Positions 1 through 9,671 of a stretch of DNA of 32,000 nt are shown one piece after another. Position 1 is the first letter of the stretch. Each line of letters begins with the position of its first letter. Origin of the DNA: Acinetobacter wanghuae (GTDB taxonomy: Bacteria > Pseudomonadota > Gammaproteobacteria > Pseudomonadales > Moraxellaceae); the NCBI RefSeq assembly GCF_009557235.1, contig NZ_CP045650.1:2040001-2072000 (forward strand). Direction: 5' to 3'. Made by a program: the position numbers and the translations under genes. Below the pieces are notes generated by a model. That model was given only the letters and a program-made list of their open reading frames with translations, searched no databases and had not been told where the DNA came from.

Positions 1-3000
1 CTGCGGAAACTGTAGAAAATACAGTGACACAGATCATTGAGCAGCAAATGAATGGTCTAGATGGCTTACGTTATATCTCGTCAAATAGTGCGGGTAACGG
101 TCAGGCATCGATTGCATTGAACTTCGAACAAGGTATCGATCCTGATATCGCCCAAGTTCAAGTACAAAACAAATTACAATCAGCAACTGCATTACTTCCT
201 GAAGACGTTCAACGTCAAGGGCTTCGCGTAACCAAATCTGGTGCGAGCTTCTTACAGGTATTAGCGTTCTATTCACCGAATGGTGAATTAACCGATGCCG
301 ATATTAAAGATTATGTGAACTCTAATATTTCTGAGCCGCTCAGCCGTGTGGCAGGTGTCGGTGAAGTACAAGTATTTGGTGGTTCATATGCGATGCGTAT
401 CTGGTTAGATCCCGCAAAACTCAGCAGCTATCAACTTACCCCAAGTGATGTGGTTGCTGCCTTGCGTACTCAAAATGCGCAAGTTGCTGTAGGTCAATTG
501 GGTGGTGCGCCAGCGATTGAAGGTCAAGTACTGAATGCAACTGTAAATGCTCAAAGCCTGTTGCAAACACCTGAACAGTTCAAAAACATTTTCTTGAAAA
601 ATGCAGGTTCTGGTGCAAAAGTGACCATTGGCGATGTTGCCAAAGTTGAATTAGGCTCGGACAACTATCAGTTCACGTCTAAATTCAATGGTAAGCCTGC
701 AGGCGGTGTTGCGATTAAATTGGCAACAGGTGCAAATGCATTGGACACAGCAACTGCTGTAGAAGAGCGTTTATCGCAGCTACGTAAAAACTATCCATCT
801 GGCTTAAAAGATCAGTTGGCGTTTGATACCACACCATTTATTAAGCTTTCGATTGAAAGTGTGGTTCATACCTTAGTTGAAGCGATTATTCTTGTATTCT
901 TGGTGATGTTCTTGTTCTTACAGAACTGGCGCGCAACCTTGATTCCAACCATGGCTGTGCCTGTTGTGGTCTTGGGTACATTTGCAATCATCAACTTATT
1001 TGGCTTCTCGATTAACACACTCACCATGTTTGCGATGGTACTTGCCATCGGTCTATTGGTGGATGATGCGATTGTCGTGGTCGAAAACGTTGAACGGATC
1101 ATGTCGGAGGAGCATCTCGAACCTGTTGAAGCAACTGAAAAGTCGATGAGTCAGATCTCGGGCGCCCTCATTGGTATTACGACGGTCTTATCCGCAGTAT
1201 TCGTTCCAATGGCATTCTTCAGTGGTACGACAGGGGTTATTTATCGTCAGTTCTCCATTACCTTGGTGACTGCAATGGTATTGTCACTGATTGTGGCATT
1301 GACCTTTACCCCTGCGCTTTGTGCGACTTTGTTGAAACAACATGATCCAAATAAACCACAAAGCAATAGCCTCCCTGCTCGCTTCTTCCGTTGGTTCAAT
1401 GACCGCTTTGAACGTACCGCTGAAGGCTATCAAAAATGGGTCGGCAAACTGCTGATTCATAAAATCTTTGCCGGTGCAATTTATGCGGTCGTCATCGTTG
1501 GTTTATTGTTCCTATTTAAAAACTTACCAAGTTCATTCTTGCCTGATGAAGACCAAGGCGTAGTGATGACTTTGGTTCAGCTTCCGCCGAACGCTACACT
1601 TGACCGCACTGAGAAAGTGATTGATCAAATGACTGGCTTCTTTATGGAAGGTGAAAAAGCCAATGTCGATTCTGTATTCAGTGTCGCAGGTTTCTCATTT
1701 ACCGGTGTCGGGCAAAATGCGGGTCTTGCGTTCATTAAGTTGAAAGACTGGAGCGAACGTACATCGCCTGAATCACAGGTGGGTGCGATTATTCAACGTG
1801 GTATGGCGTTGAATGTGATTGCGAAAGATGCATCTTATGTCATGCCATTGCAGCTTCCTGCAATGCCAGAATTGGGTGTTTCTGCTGGCTTTAACTTGCA
1901 GTTGAAAGATGCTGCGGGTAACGGTCATGAAAGTCTATTAAATGCGCGTAATATGATCTTAGGCATGGCAGCACAAGACAAACGTCTTGCAGGTGTACGT
2001 CCAAACGGTCAAGAAGATACGCCGCAGTACAAAATCTATGTCGATAACGAAAAAGCCAGTGCCATGGGTGTGAGCATTTCTGAAATCAACAGCACCATGA
2101 GTATTGCTTGGGGTGGTTCATACATTAATGACTTTATCGACCGTGGTCGTATTAAGAAAGTCTATGTACAAGCCGTTCCTGATGCCCGCATGATGCCAGA
2201 AGATATCAACAAATGGCATGTTCGTAACAACGCAGGTCAAATGATTCCGTTCTCAGCCTTCGCAACAGGTGAATGGACCTATGGTTCACCACGTCTTGAA
2301 CGTTATAACGGTATTTCATCGGTCAATATTCAAGGTACACCAGCACCGGGTGTAAGCTCAGGTGATGCAATGCTTGCGATGGAAGAAATCATTGCGAAAT
2401 TGCCTGAAATGGGTGTACAAGGTCTAGATTATGAGTGGACAGGTTTATCGTTAGAAGAACGTGAATCCGGCTCACAAACCCTTGGCTTGTATGCACTTTC
2501 TATGCTGATTGTATTCTTATGTTTGGCTGCATTGTATGAGAGCTGGTCGATTCCATTCTCAGTGATGCTAGTCATTCCATTGGGTATTGTTGGTGCCATT
2601 GGCTTAACCTTCTTAGCGATGGTACTGCTTAAAGATCCAAATCTTTCGAACAATATTTACTTCCAGGTTGCGATTATTGCCGTCATTGGTTTGGCTGCAA
2701 AAAATGCGATCCTGATTGTAGAGTTCGCGAAAGAACTGCAAGAAGACAAAGGCGAGCCTTTACTTGAAGCGACACTGCATGCTGCAAAAATGCGTTTACG
2801 TCCAATTATTATGACCACTTTGGCATTCGGCTTTGGTGTACTGCCTCTTGCCCTTTCTTCAGGTGCAGGTGCAGGTAGCCAACACTCTGTCGGTTATGGT
2901 GTATTGGGTGGCGTAATCAGTTCGACTTTATTGGGTATCTTCTTTATTCCGGTGTTCTACGTTTGGATCCGAAGTATCTTCAAATTTAAACCTAAAAAAC

Positions 3001-3026
3001 AAAATCATCAGGAGCAAACCTTGTGA
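1..3026 (+). CDS. adeJ: RND (HAE1) multidrug efflux inner-membrane permease, AdeJ-type; 5' end cut by window edge, reading frame runs from nt 3
   Basis: A 1000-aa ORF extends in frame to nt 3 (AETVENTVTQIIEQQMNGLDGLRYISS...). It is colinear with AcrB/AdeJ as I remember them: VDDAIVVVENVER, two large periplasmic loops between TM blocks, C-terminal FFIPVFYVWIRS. About 58 N-terminal residues lie outside the window. An OprM-family lipoprotein gene follows with a stop/start overlap. Confidence 0.93.
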   Translation, partial: AETVENTVTQIIEQQMNGLDGLRYISSNSAGNGQASIALNFEQGIDPDIAQVQVQNKLQSATALLPEDVQRQGLRVTKSGASFLQVLAFYSPNGELTDADIKDYVNSNISEPLSRVAGVGEVQVFGGSYAMRIWLDPAKLSSYQLTPSDVVAALRTQNAQVAVGQLGGAPAIEGQVLNATVNAQSLLQTPEQFKNIFLKNAGSGAKVTIGDVAKVELGSDNYQFTSKFNGKPAGGVAIKLATGANALDTATAVEERLSQLRKNYPSGLKDQLAFDTTPFIKLSIESVVHTLVEAIILVFLVMFLFLQNWRATLIPTMAVPVVVLGTFAIINLFGFSINTLTMFAMVLAIGLLVDDAIVVVENVERIMSEEHLEPVEATEKSMSQISGALIGITTVLSAVFVPMAFFSGTTGVIYRQFSITLVTAMVLSLIVALTFTPALCATLLKQHDPNKPQSNSLPARFFRWFNDRFERTAEGYQKWVGKLLIHKIFAGAIYAVVIVGLLFLFKNLPSSFLPDEDQGVVMTLVQLPPNATLDRTEKVIDQMTGFFMEGEKANVDSVFSVAGFSFTGVGQNAGLAFIKLKDWSERTSPESQVGAIIQRGMALNVIAKDASYVMPLQLPAMPELGVSAGFNLQLKDAAGNGHESLLNARNMILGMAAQDKRLAGVRPNGQEDTPQYKIYVDNEKASAMGVSISEINSTMSIAWGGSYINDFIDRGRIKKVYVQAVPDARMMPEDINKWHVRNNAGQMIPFSAFATGEWTYGSPRLERYNGISSVNIQGTPAPGVSSGDAMLAMEEIIAKLPEMGVQGLDYEWTGLSLEERESGSQTLGLYALSMLIVFLCLAALYESWSIPFSVMLVIPLGIVGAIGLTFLAMVLLKDPNLSNNIYFQVAIIAVIGLAAKNAILIVEFAKELQEDKGEPLLEATLHAAKMRLRPIIMTTLAFGFGVLPLALSSGAGAGSQHSVGYGVLGGVISSTLLGIFFIPVFYVWIRSIFKFKPKKQNHQEQTL

Positions 3027-4474
3027 TGCAAAAAATATGGTCTGTTTCAGGTCGTAGCATTGCGGTGTCTGCAATTGCGCTTGCTTTGACTGCATGTCAA
3101 AGCATGCGTGGTCCAGAGCCCGTTGCCCAAAGCAATATTCCACAAAACTATATTGGTGCTGCATCTGGTACGTCAGTGGCTGAACAAGGTTATAAAGAGT
3201 TTTTTGCAGATCAACGCTTGATTCAAGTCCTTGATTTGGCATTAAACAATAACCGCGATTTACGCACAGCAGCGCTCAATATTGAACGCGCGCAACAAGC
3301 GTATCAAATCACGCAAAACAACCAATTACCTTCTATTGGGGTAACTGGTAGTGTACTGCGCCAAGATACTGCAACGACGCGTGGCGCTTCAAGTGCTTAC
3401 AATGTTGGCTTGGGTGTTACAGCGTATGAGTTAGATTTTTGGGGTCGTGTTCGTAGCCTGAAAGACAATGCTCTAGATACGTACTTAGCGACTGCAAGTG
3501 CGCGTGATGCAACTCAAATTGCTTTGATTGGTCAGGTTGCCCAAGCATGGGTGGCTTATTCGTATGCCAATGCAAATTTGAAATTAGCCGATCAAACGCT
3601 TAAAACACAACTTGAATCGTATAATCTCAATAAAAAACGCTTTGATGTTGGTATTGATAGTGAAGTTCCTGTTCGTCAGGCACAAATCTCTGTTGAAACA
3701 GCACGTAGCGATGTTGCTGAATATAAGACCCAAGTTGCACAAGCACAAAACTTACTTAACCTTTTAGTCGGTGAGCAAGTGCCAAGTAGCTTGTTGCCTA
3801 GCCAACGTGTAACGAAGGTAACGTCTAGTACAGCATTGTCTGCAGGCTTGCCAAGTGACTTGTTAAGCAACCGTCCTGACATTCGTGCAGCGGAGTATCG
3901 TCTTTCTGCTGCAGGTGCCAATATTGCTGTGGCAAAAGCGGCATTATTCCCAAGTATTCGTTTAACGGGTTCTGCGGGTTACGGCTCAACTGAATTATCT
4001 GATTTATTTAAATCAGGTTCATTTGCTTGGTCTATTGGTCCGAGTCTTGACATTCCGCTATGGGATTGGGGCACTCGTAAAGCCAATATCAAAATTTCAG
4101 AAACAGATCAAAAAATTGCATTGTCTGAATATGAACAAGCCATTCAATCTGCGTTCCGTGAAGCCAATGATGCCTTAGCTGTTCGTCAAAATATTGCTGA
4201 TCGTGTTGCTGCGCAACGTCGTTTAGTCGATGCTACCAATACGACCTATCGTTTATCCAATGCCCGTTTCCGTGCAGGGATCGATAGCTATCTAACCGTA
4301 TTGGATGCACAGCGTACTTCGTATGCTGCTGAACAAGGTTTATTGCTACTTGAGCAAGCCAATTTAAACAACCAAATTGAAGTGTATAAAACTTTAGGTG
4401 GCGGTTTAAAAGCAACAACCAATCAACAAGTGGTTGCACCTGCTTCAAGCGCTGAACGTCAAACAGCTCAATAA
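3026..4474 (+). CDS. adeK: RND efflux outer-membrane channel lipoprotein (NodT/OprM family), AdeK-type
   Basis: ATG at 3026 overlaps the adeJ TGA (ATGA); GTG at 3023 is an alternative start. Signal peptide with lipobox LTAC (Cys24). Two TolC-like repeats with typical coiled-coil text (NNRDLRTAALNIERAQ..., NRPDIRAAEYRL...). Sits directly downstream of the RND pump. Confidence 0.9.
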   Translation: MQKIWSVSGRSIAVSAIALALTACQSMRGPEPVAQSNIPQNYIGAASGTSVAEQGYKEFFADQRLIQVLDLALNNNRDLRTAALNIERAQQAYQITQNNQLPSIGVTGSVLRQDTATTRGASSAYNVGLGVTAYELDFWGRVRSLKDNALDTYLATASARDATQIALIGQVAQAWVAYSYANANLKLADQTLKTQLESYNLNKKRFDVGIDSEVPVRQAQISVETARSDVAEYKTQVAQAQNLLNLLVGEQVPSSLLPSQRVTKVTSSTALSAGLPSDLLSNRPDIRAAEYRLSAAGANIAVAKAALFPSIRLTGSAGYGSTELSDLFKSGSFAWSIGPSLDIPLWDWGTRKANIKISETDQKIALSEYEQAIQSAFREANDALAVRQNIADRVAAQRRLVDATNTTYRLSNARFRAGIDSYLTVLDAQRTSYAAEQGLLLLEQANLNNQIEVYKTLGGGLKATTNQQVVAPASSAERQTAQ

Positions 4475-4499
4475 TTTAGCTGCATCAGCTATAATTTTA

Positions 4500-4527
4500 A
4501 AAGCTCACTTCGGTGGGCTTTTTTATT
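4500..4527 (+). terminator. Rho-independent terminator after adeK
   Basis: Stem AAAGCTCAC / GTGGGCTTT (one G-U pair) with a TTCG tetraloop, followed by a T-run. Lies 26 nt after the adeK stop. Confidence 0.8.
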
Positions 4528-4583
4528 GCTTTTTTAAGCCGAATTTTCTATCTTGGACGCATTCATATAAGAACTGAAGCAAT

Positions 4584-4940
4584 ATGCAATTGAGTAATTT
4601 AGAAACTATGCCAGGACATACCATTTGCAAACAATTGGATGTGGTCTATGGCAGTACCGTTCGCAGTAAACATGTTGGACGAGACTTAATGGCAAGTCTG
4701 AAAAACATTGTTGGTGGTGAGCTCACAGCTTATACCGAGCTATTAGAAGAATCGCGTCAAGAAGCCATGAATCGAATGATTGAAAAAGCGCGTTTATTGG
4801 GTGCCAATGCCATTGTCGGCATTCGTTTTTCCACCTCAAATATTGCGCAAGGTGCATCAGAACTGTTTGTTTATGGCACTGCGGTGGTCGTAACCCCGAA
4901 TCATCACCACCTTCCTGATCCCTTCCCGACCCAAGGATAG
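4584..4940 (+). CDS. YbjQ/UPF0145 family protein (putative heavy-metal-binding domain), soluble
   Basis: Aligns by eye over its full length to E. coli YbjQ (IVGGEL.AYTELLEESRQEA...GANAIVGIRF...GTAVVV). Has an extra C-terminal tail, NHHHLPDPFPTQG. Confidence 0.85.
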   Translation: MQLSNLETMPGHTICKQLDVVYGSTVRSKHVGRDLMASLKNIVGGELTAYTELLEESRQEAMNRMIEKARLLGANAIVGIRFSTSNIAQGASELFVYGTAVVVTPNHHHLPDPFPTQG

Positions 4941-4943
4941 CTT

Positions 4944-5381
4944 ATGGATGCGCTGATCTTCAAAATTGGGCTATTTGTCATCTTGTTTATTATTGGTTTT
5001 GCTTTTGGTCGACATAATGAACACAAGCATTTACGCGAATTAGAACAAGCTGAAAAACAATTTGCACATATTCGCATTGATACCAATCGCTTTACGGTAT
5101 CCACACATACTGGGTGCATGATCAGCAGTAATGTGGTTATTTCTCATGACTATTTCAAATACGTGCTTGCCAATATACAAAATTTTTTCGGTGGGCGTTT
5201 AAGTAGTTATGAAAGTATTGTAGAACGTGCCCGTCGAGAAGCCATTGTGCGCTTAAAACGAGAAGCTGAGCAGATGGGTGCCACACACATTATGGGTTTA
5301 CGCCTCAACACGACTGAACTTGGCATGCAAGGTGGTATGGTTGAAGTATTCGCGCTAGGGACAGCCATTAAAGCCAACTAA
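4944..5381 (+). CDS. Membrane-anchored YbjQ/UPF0145-like protein
   Basis: N-terminal hydrophobic helix (LIFKIGLFVILFIIGFAFG) followed by a YbjQ-like core (FFGGRLSSYESIVERARREA...GATHIMGLRL...ALGTAIKAN). ATG is 3 nt after the stop of the preceding ybjQ-like gene. Confidence 0.8.
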   Translation: MDALIFKIGLFVILFIIGFAFGRHNEHKHLRELEQAEKQFAHIRIDTNRFTVSTHTGCMISSNVVISHDYFKYVLANIQNFFGGRLSSYESIVERARREAIVRLKREAEQMGATHIMGLRLNTTELGMQGGMVEVFALGTAIKAN

Positions 5382-5388
5382 CACGATG

Positions 5389-5883
5389 CTATGGTTGCAT
5401 GGCATCCATTCGGTCTACAAATAAAAGCCCATTTAGGTGATCTACTTCATGTTGCACAATGCGCGCAGGAAAACCACTTAAATGAAGCTCACATGGTTCA
5501 CCTTGTAAATTCAGATAACGCACACGAATATGTTCAGCGCGTGCCACATCTCCACGTTGCTGAGGAACGCTTAAACAACCTTCTTGTCCAAGGACTTGCT
5601 CATTTGATGCCTCTAAAATTTCAGGATTAAGCATTATAATGGCATCCATTTCAGGCGCATCGGGATATCGCAAGTTTGGACGAGATGCCACAATAATCAC
5701 CCGCTTTGATACATATACTTGTGGGGCTGCAATACCCACACCCTGACGCTCAAGCATGGTTGCCATCATCGCCACAGTCAATTGATTGAACCACTCACTG
5801 CCGATTTCTGTTAAAGCAACAGGCGCTGCGACGAGCTTTAAAATTTCTTCACCTTGCTGCGCAACGGATAAAACCTCTGACAT
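5389..5883 (-). CDS. def: Peptide deformylase
   Basis: All three PDF motifs are present: GVGIAAPQV, EGCLSVP, HEVDHLNG. No fmt gene is adjacent in this window. Confidence 0.9.
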   Translation of the reverse strand: MSEVLSVAQQGEEILKLVAAPVALTEIGSEWFNQLTVAMMATMLERQGVGIAAPQVYVSKRVIIVASRPNLRYPDAPEMDAIIMLNPEILEASNEQVLGQEGCLSVPQQRGDVARAEHIRVRYLNLQGEPCELHLSGFPARIVQHEVDHLNGLLFVDRMDAMQP

Positions 5884-6049
5884 AAGTATCCCCTTTATTT
5901 ATTCATCGCATCATCTTAGGCGAATGAAAGCACACCAACAGTTCATCGAAATGATTAAAATCAGCTATGGATTGTGTCAACATTCATGATAAATATAGAA
6001 CATTCATTCTTAAACCGTTCATTTATTTATCTTCTAAAGTACTCAATAC

Positions 6050-6733
6050 ATGAAAAATGGAATTTTCTATATTGCTTTGCTTGTGGTATTAACCGCATGT
6101 CAACCCAGCCATCAAAATGCGATATATGCAGATTTAACACCTGCTGAAGCTGCCTTTATACAAAGCTATCAACGTACCTTAAATGAATATTTACAAGATG
6201 CTGATGATGCGAGTTTTCAGGAAAAATTAACAGCGTTAATGCTGACTGCCCCAACGCAATCCGATACGCCGCATATCTTGCAAGTGCAAAGTGACATTCA
6301 AATTCAGTTGGGGCATTTTGAAGAAGCGATTAAACTCAATAATGCACTTTTTTATCTGCAACCCAACGCTGACACCCGTTATCTCAATTGCACTTTGTTA
6401 GAAGTATTGGATCGTTCTGATAAAAAGATTGAAGCCTGTTATAGCCAAGCGGCTCAACTGTATAAAAAGGCATTGAGTAAACTAAAAGATGTCGAGTCTG
6501 CCGAATTCCAAGACCAATATTTCTTTTATTTGCTCAGCATGCTGCAAGCAGGTCATCCTAATTTTCACGCAAAAATCAAAGATTTTATTGCCAGCTTGCC
6601 GGATGAAAAACAGCAAGACTTCAATAATCAGTACACCTTGGTTGCTGATCAGCACGAACACGCCGCTTTTTTAGATGCGATTCGAACAGGGCAATGGACC
6701 CATTTTTCTTCAATGAACAATCAGGACATCTAA
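6050..6733 (+). CDS. Hypothetical lipoprotein (helical, TPR-like composition)
   Basis: Signal peptide with lipobox LTAC (MKNGIFYIALLVVLTACQ). No recognisable catalytic motif. Confidence 0.7.
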   Translation: MKNGIFYIALLVVLTACQPSHQNAIYADLTPAEAAFIQSYQRTLNEYLQDADDASFQEKLTALMLTAPTQSDTPHILQVQSDIQIQLGHFEEAIKLNNALFYLQPNADTRYLNCTLLEVLDRSDKKIEACYSQAAQLYKKALSKLKDVESAEFQDQYFFYLLSMLQAGHPNFHAKIKDFIASLPDEKQQDFNNQYTLVADQHEHAAFLDAIRTGQWTHFSSMNNQDI

Positions 6734-6909
6734 TCCTTTCAAAGGATGGATCTATTCATTAAAAGAAAAAGTAAATAAAAAATGATTCGATGCTTTGTTT
6801 AATAACTTTTAGTTGAGCGAATAAAAAGAAAGATTGATTATTCAACAAAAAAATCATCTTTTAATATCAACCATATATCTGCCCTTTTTTTAACCTATGG
6901 AATTGAAGC

Positions 6910-8181
6910 ATGGATGCAGCTCCACGTCTTAGCCGAGCCGATAAACGCACTTTAGGGCTTTCATCCCTCGGTGGTGCGCTCGAATTTTATGATTTTGTGA
7001 TTTATGTCTTTTACGCAAAATTGATTTCGGAACTCTTTTTCCCTAGTACCTTAAGTCCATTTTGGGCAATGCTCAATACTTACGGGATTTTTGCAGCGGG
7101 TTATTTCTTCCGACCCCTCGGTGGCGTGGTTATGGCGCATTTTGGAGACTTGATTGGTCGTAAACGCCTATTTAGCCTGTCTATTTTACTCATGGCTTTA
7201 CCAACCCTGATGATTGGTTTAATGCCAACCTTTGAATCGATTGGTTATGCAGCACCTATTTTGCTGCTACTCATGCGAATGATGCAAGGCATTGCCATTG
7301 GCGGAGAGATTCCTGCAGCATGGACCTTTGTTTCAGAGCATGTACCTGAACGTCGAATTGGGATTGCCAATGGTGTGCTGACTGCGGGTTTATCCTTAGG
7401 GATTTTGCTTGGCGCGTTAATGTCACTGTTTATTTCACTGAACTTTAGCGAGCCTGAAATTAAAGATTGGGCATGGCGTATTCCGTTTATTTTAGGCGGT
7501 GTTTTCGGTTTCGTGGCGTTATACCTACGCAGTTATTTAAAAGAAACCCCAGTATTTAAAGCCATGCAAGCCAAAAAGGAGTTAGCAAAAGAGTTACCCG
7601 TCAAACAAGTCTTAGCCAATCATAAAACAGCTACTGTCATTGGCATGTTGTTTACATGGTTCTTGACTGGTTGTGTGGTGGTTTTAATTTTAGCGATGCC
7701 AAACTTATTGGTCGGGGCATTCGGTTTTGAACGTTCTGATGCCTTTAAAATGCAAAGTGCTGCCATTGTCATGCAAATGATCGGCTGTATTTTAGCAGGA
7801 CTGTTGGCTGACCGTTTTGGCGCGGGCAAAGTGATGCTCTTCGGCGCGTTACTTGTCGCGCTGATCGCAGGTATTTTCTATAACAGTTTAGGTCATGTTG
7901 CACCATCTACCGTGTTCATGCTGTATATGCTGTTGGGCTTAAGTTCGGGTACAGTCGGCATGGTTTCTTATAGCATGGTCAAAATGTTCCCTGCTCAAAT
8001 TCGCTTCTCGGGCATCTCATTTTCCTACAACGTGGCCTATGCAATTGCCGGTGGTATCACCTTACCGTTGGTACAATGGCTAAGCTTATATAGCAATATT
8101 GGGGCGCTGTACTATATTTGGACGATTTGTCTTGTGACTGTTTTAACGACCTTTGTCTATCGCGCGAAATTCGAAAAATAA
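6910..8181 (+). CDS. MFS transporter, metabolite:H+ symporter (MHS) family
   Basis: 12-TM profile. N-terminus LGGALEFYDFVIYVFYA and loop GDLIGRKR are typical of the ProP/KgtP/ShiA-type MHS family. Substrate cannot be inferred. Confidence 0.85.
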   Translation: MDAAPRLSRADKRTLGLSSLGGALEFYDFVIYVFYAKLISELFFPSTLSPFWAMLNTYGIFAAGYFFRPLGGVVMAHFGDLIGRKRLFSLSILLMALPTLMIGLMPTFESIGYAAPILLLLMRMMQGIAIGGEIPAAWTFVSEHVPERRIGIANGVLTAGLSLGILLGALMSLFISLNFSEPEIKDWAWRIPFILGGVFGFVALYLRSYLKETPVFKAMQAKKELAKELPVKQVLANHKTATVIGMLFTWFLTGCVVVLILAMPNLLVGAFGFERSDAFKMQSAAIVMQMIGCILAGLLADRFGAGKVMLFGALLVALIAGIFYNSLGHVAPSTVFMLYMLLGLSSGTVGMVSYSMVKMFPAQIRFSGISFSYNVAYAIAGGITLPLVQWLSLYSNIGALYYIWTICLVTVLTTFVYRAKFEK

Positions 8182-8198
8182 TGTAAATTTTGACATGA

Positions 8199-8226
8199 AA
8201 AAAGAGCGCTTAATGGCGCTCTTTTT
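8199..8226. terminator. Bidirectional rho-independent terminator between convergent genes
   Basis: Perfect stem AAAAAGAGCGC / GCGCTCTTTTT with loop TTAATG. The A-run and T-run flanks allow termination from both directions. Located between the stops at 8181 (+) and 8243 (-). Confidence 0.85.
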
Positions 8227-8242
8227 AATTGAACATGAGAAG

Positions 8243-8740
8243 TTATGCTACGAGTTGTTTACGAAGTTCATCTTCAATAATGTCGATTTCAATGCCGCTA
8301 AATTTACGGATCTCACCTTCCGCATGTTTCTCTAACATGCCACCAATGAGAGGCACTTTGACATTTACTGTCCATTGTAGTCGAAGCTCAATCTCTGAGT
8401 CATTGCCTTTCACGCTACGCTCGCATGAGGCAATAATCGGTAAATTTGCACCTAACTTGACGGTTGAGGTCATATTTGCAAAATTACTCACATCAGTACG
8501 ATGTAAACGAAAAGCATCTTTCAGCATTTTTTTTGCCATATCTGGAATTTTAACATCTAAGTTATAGGCACGTTTCAGCGTATAAATATCACCGTCTAAA
8601 TGAGATTCTAAAATTTCCAAATTCTGTGCAGGAATACGTTGGCAAACCGTTTCATGCATTTTGATATCTGTTGCTAAACGGGTGAAATCCGCGAGTGAAA
8701 TCCCTTGAATTTTAGCTTCAATGGTAAATTGATGCGCCAT
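8243..8740 (-). CDS. Hypothetical protein, possibly SRPBCC/DUF2505-like
   Basis: 165-aa ORF with balanced composition. The terminator lies directly downstream. The antisense ORF 8229..8567 is Ser/Arg-rich and looks spurious. The family assignment is only a weak recollection. Confidence 0.7.
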   Translation of the reverse strand: MAHQFTIEAKIQGISLADFTRLATDIKMHETVCQRIPAQNLEILESHLDGDIYTLKRAYNLDVKIPDMAKKMLKDAFRLHRTDVSNFANMTSTVKLGANLPIIASCERSVKGNDSEIELRLQWTVNVKVPLIGGMLEKHAEGEIRKFSGIEIDIIEDELRKQLVA

Positions 8741-8876
8741 ATTGTGTTCCTTTGTTGTTTTTATTTCAATTGAGGCTTATGCCAACAACTGCTTTAAAAT
8801 AAGTATTTCAATGCTATTTAAATCAATTTATTGCGCAAAGTCATTCATGTTTTAGGATTTTTATTGGTCATTTTAG

Positions 8877-9164
8877 TCAATCTTTTTGGGTTAAAACTGC
8901 AGTGACGTGACTGCCAGCTTGAATATTTAAATGATAATTTTCAAATTGAATTGAGATATAAAAATCTTCTGCACCATCATCTAAACCTGTGACATACCAC
9001 GTTGTTGTATGCGGAAAATCTTTAAGCCAAGCGGCTTTATAAAAATCTGAAACATGATCAAACTGAATATATTGCTCAGGTACTTGCACAATAGCTTGCG
9101 CTAAATTCAGAAACTTTTGAATCTGTGCATGATGAAAATCAATGATCACGGCAGGCTTTCCCAT
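8877..9164 (-). CDS. Hypothetical small cytoplasmic protein (95 aa)
   Basis: ORF 30 nt downstream of, and on the same strand as, the membrane protein at 9195..9671. I recognise no motif. Confidence 0.6.
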   Translation of the reverse strand: MGKPAVIIDFHHAQIQKFLNLAQAIVQVPEQYIQFDHVSDFYKAAWLKDFPHTTTWYVTGLDDGAEDFYISIQFENYHLNIQAGSHVTAVLTQKD

Positions 9165-9194
9165 TCTTTAAAATCTGAGCGAATAAAGAATATC

Positions 9195-9671
9195 TTAGCT
9201 TAGTTTGCCTGGTTGCCGAATTTCATTGCGATGTTCAACACCATTTAGGTCGACATGGGTATAAAACCAGCCATATGTCCCCACATAATACTCAAGGGAT
9301 TGTTGCGCTAAACTCCAAACAATGGACCATTCACCTAAATCGAGTTGTCGAATTTCTGTTACGGTTCGCAGCGGCATTTTGCTCAACCATTCTTGTTGTA
9401 ATACTTGTCCTTGCTGAATCTCTGTTAGGCAGTAATACTGCTGCAAAAAAAGCTGCGCCATGTCATCAAATAAACGTTTTTGATCAGGATGAATCGAATC
9501 CTTAAACTCTTTTTTCTGTACATCAGCTTGAGCGACGTGTTGATTATTTATCAGGTAAGAAGATGAACGTTGCACAGCACGCTGCTTTTTCTGCACTTTT
9601 TGCATAACCATCCAAAGTGCATAGACACAGATAAAGATGAGTAATAACAGCAATAATTTGAGCATGATCAT
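9195..9671 (-). CDS. Hypothetical single-pass membrane protein (158 aa)
   Basis: N-terminal TM helix (LKLLLLLLIFICVYALWMVM), then a basic stretch (QKVQKKQRAVQR) and a roughly 110-aa domain I do not recognise. Start is ATG at 9671 or 9665. Confidence 0.65.
   Translation of the reverse strand: MIMLKLLLLLLIFICVYALWMVMQKVQKKQRAVQRSSSYLINNQHVAQADVQKKEFKDSIHPDQKRLFDDMAQLFLQQYYCLTEIQQGQVLQQEWLSKMPLRTVTEIRQLDLGEWSIVWSLAQQSLEYYVGTYGWFYTHVDLNGVEHRNEIRQPGKLS

Noticed and set aside
5382-5388. Convergent gene ends with almost no spacer and no terminator: 7 nt between the ybjQ-like stop and the def stop, and likewise 13 nt at 30601-30613
   Set aside because: Tight convergent ends are common in compact bacterial genomes. 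Overlapping 3' UTRs are possible, but nothing specific is visible in the sequence.
8229-8567. 112-aa plus-strand ORF antisense to 8243..8740, together with other long antisense or out-of-frame ORFs (2928..3242, 11601..11873, 13894..14238, 17247..17588, 22803..23231, 23475..23720, 24340..24657, 27695..27970, 28166..28447)
   Set aside because: Each is embedded in a longer ORF that has clear family motifs. Their composition is skewed (Ser/Arg/Cys-rich), they have no ribosome-binding site, and in the 8229 case the ORF starts right at the bidirectional terminator (8199-8226). They are typical shadow ORFs.
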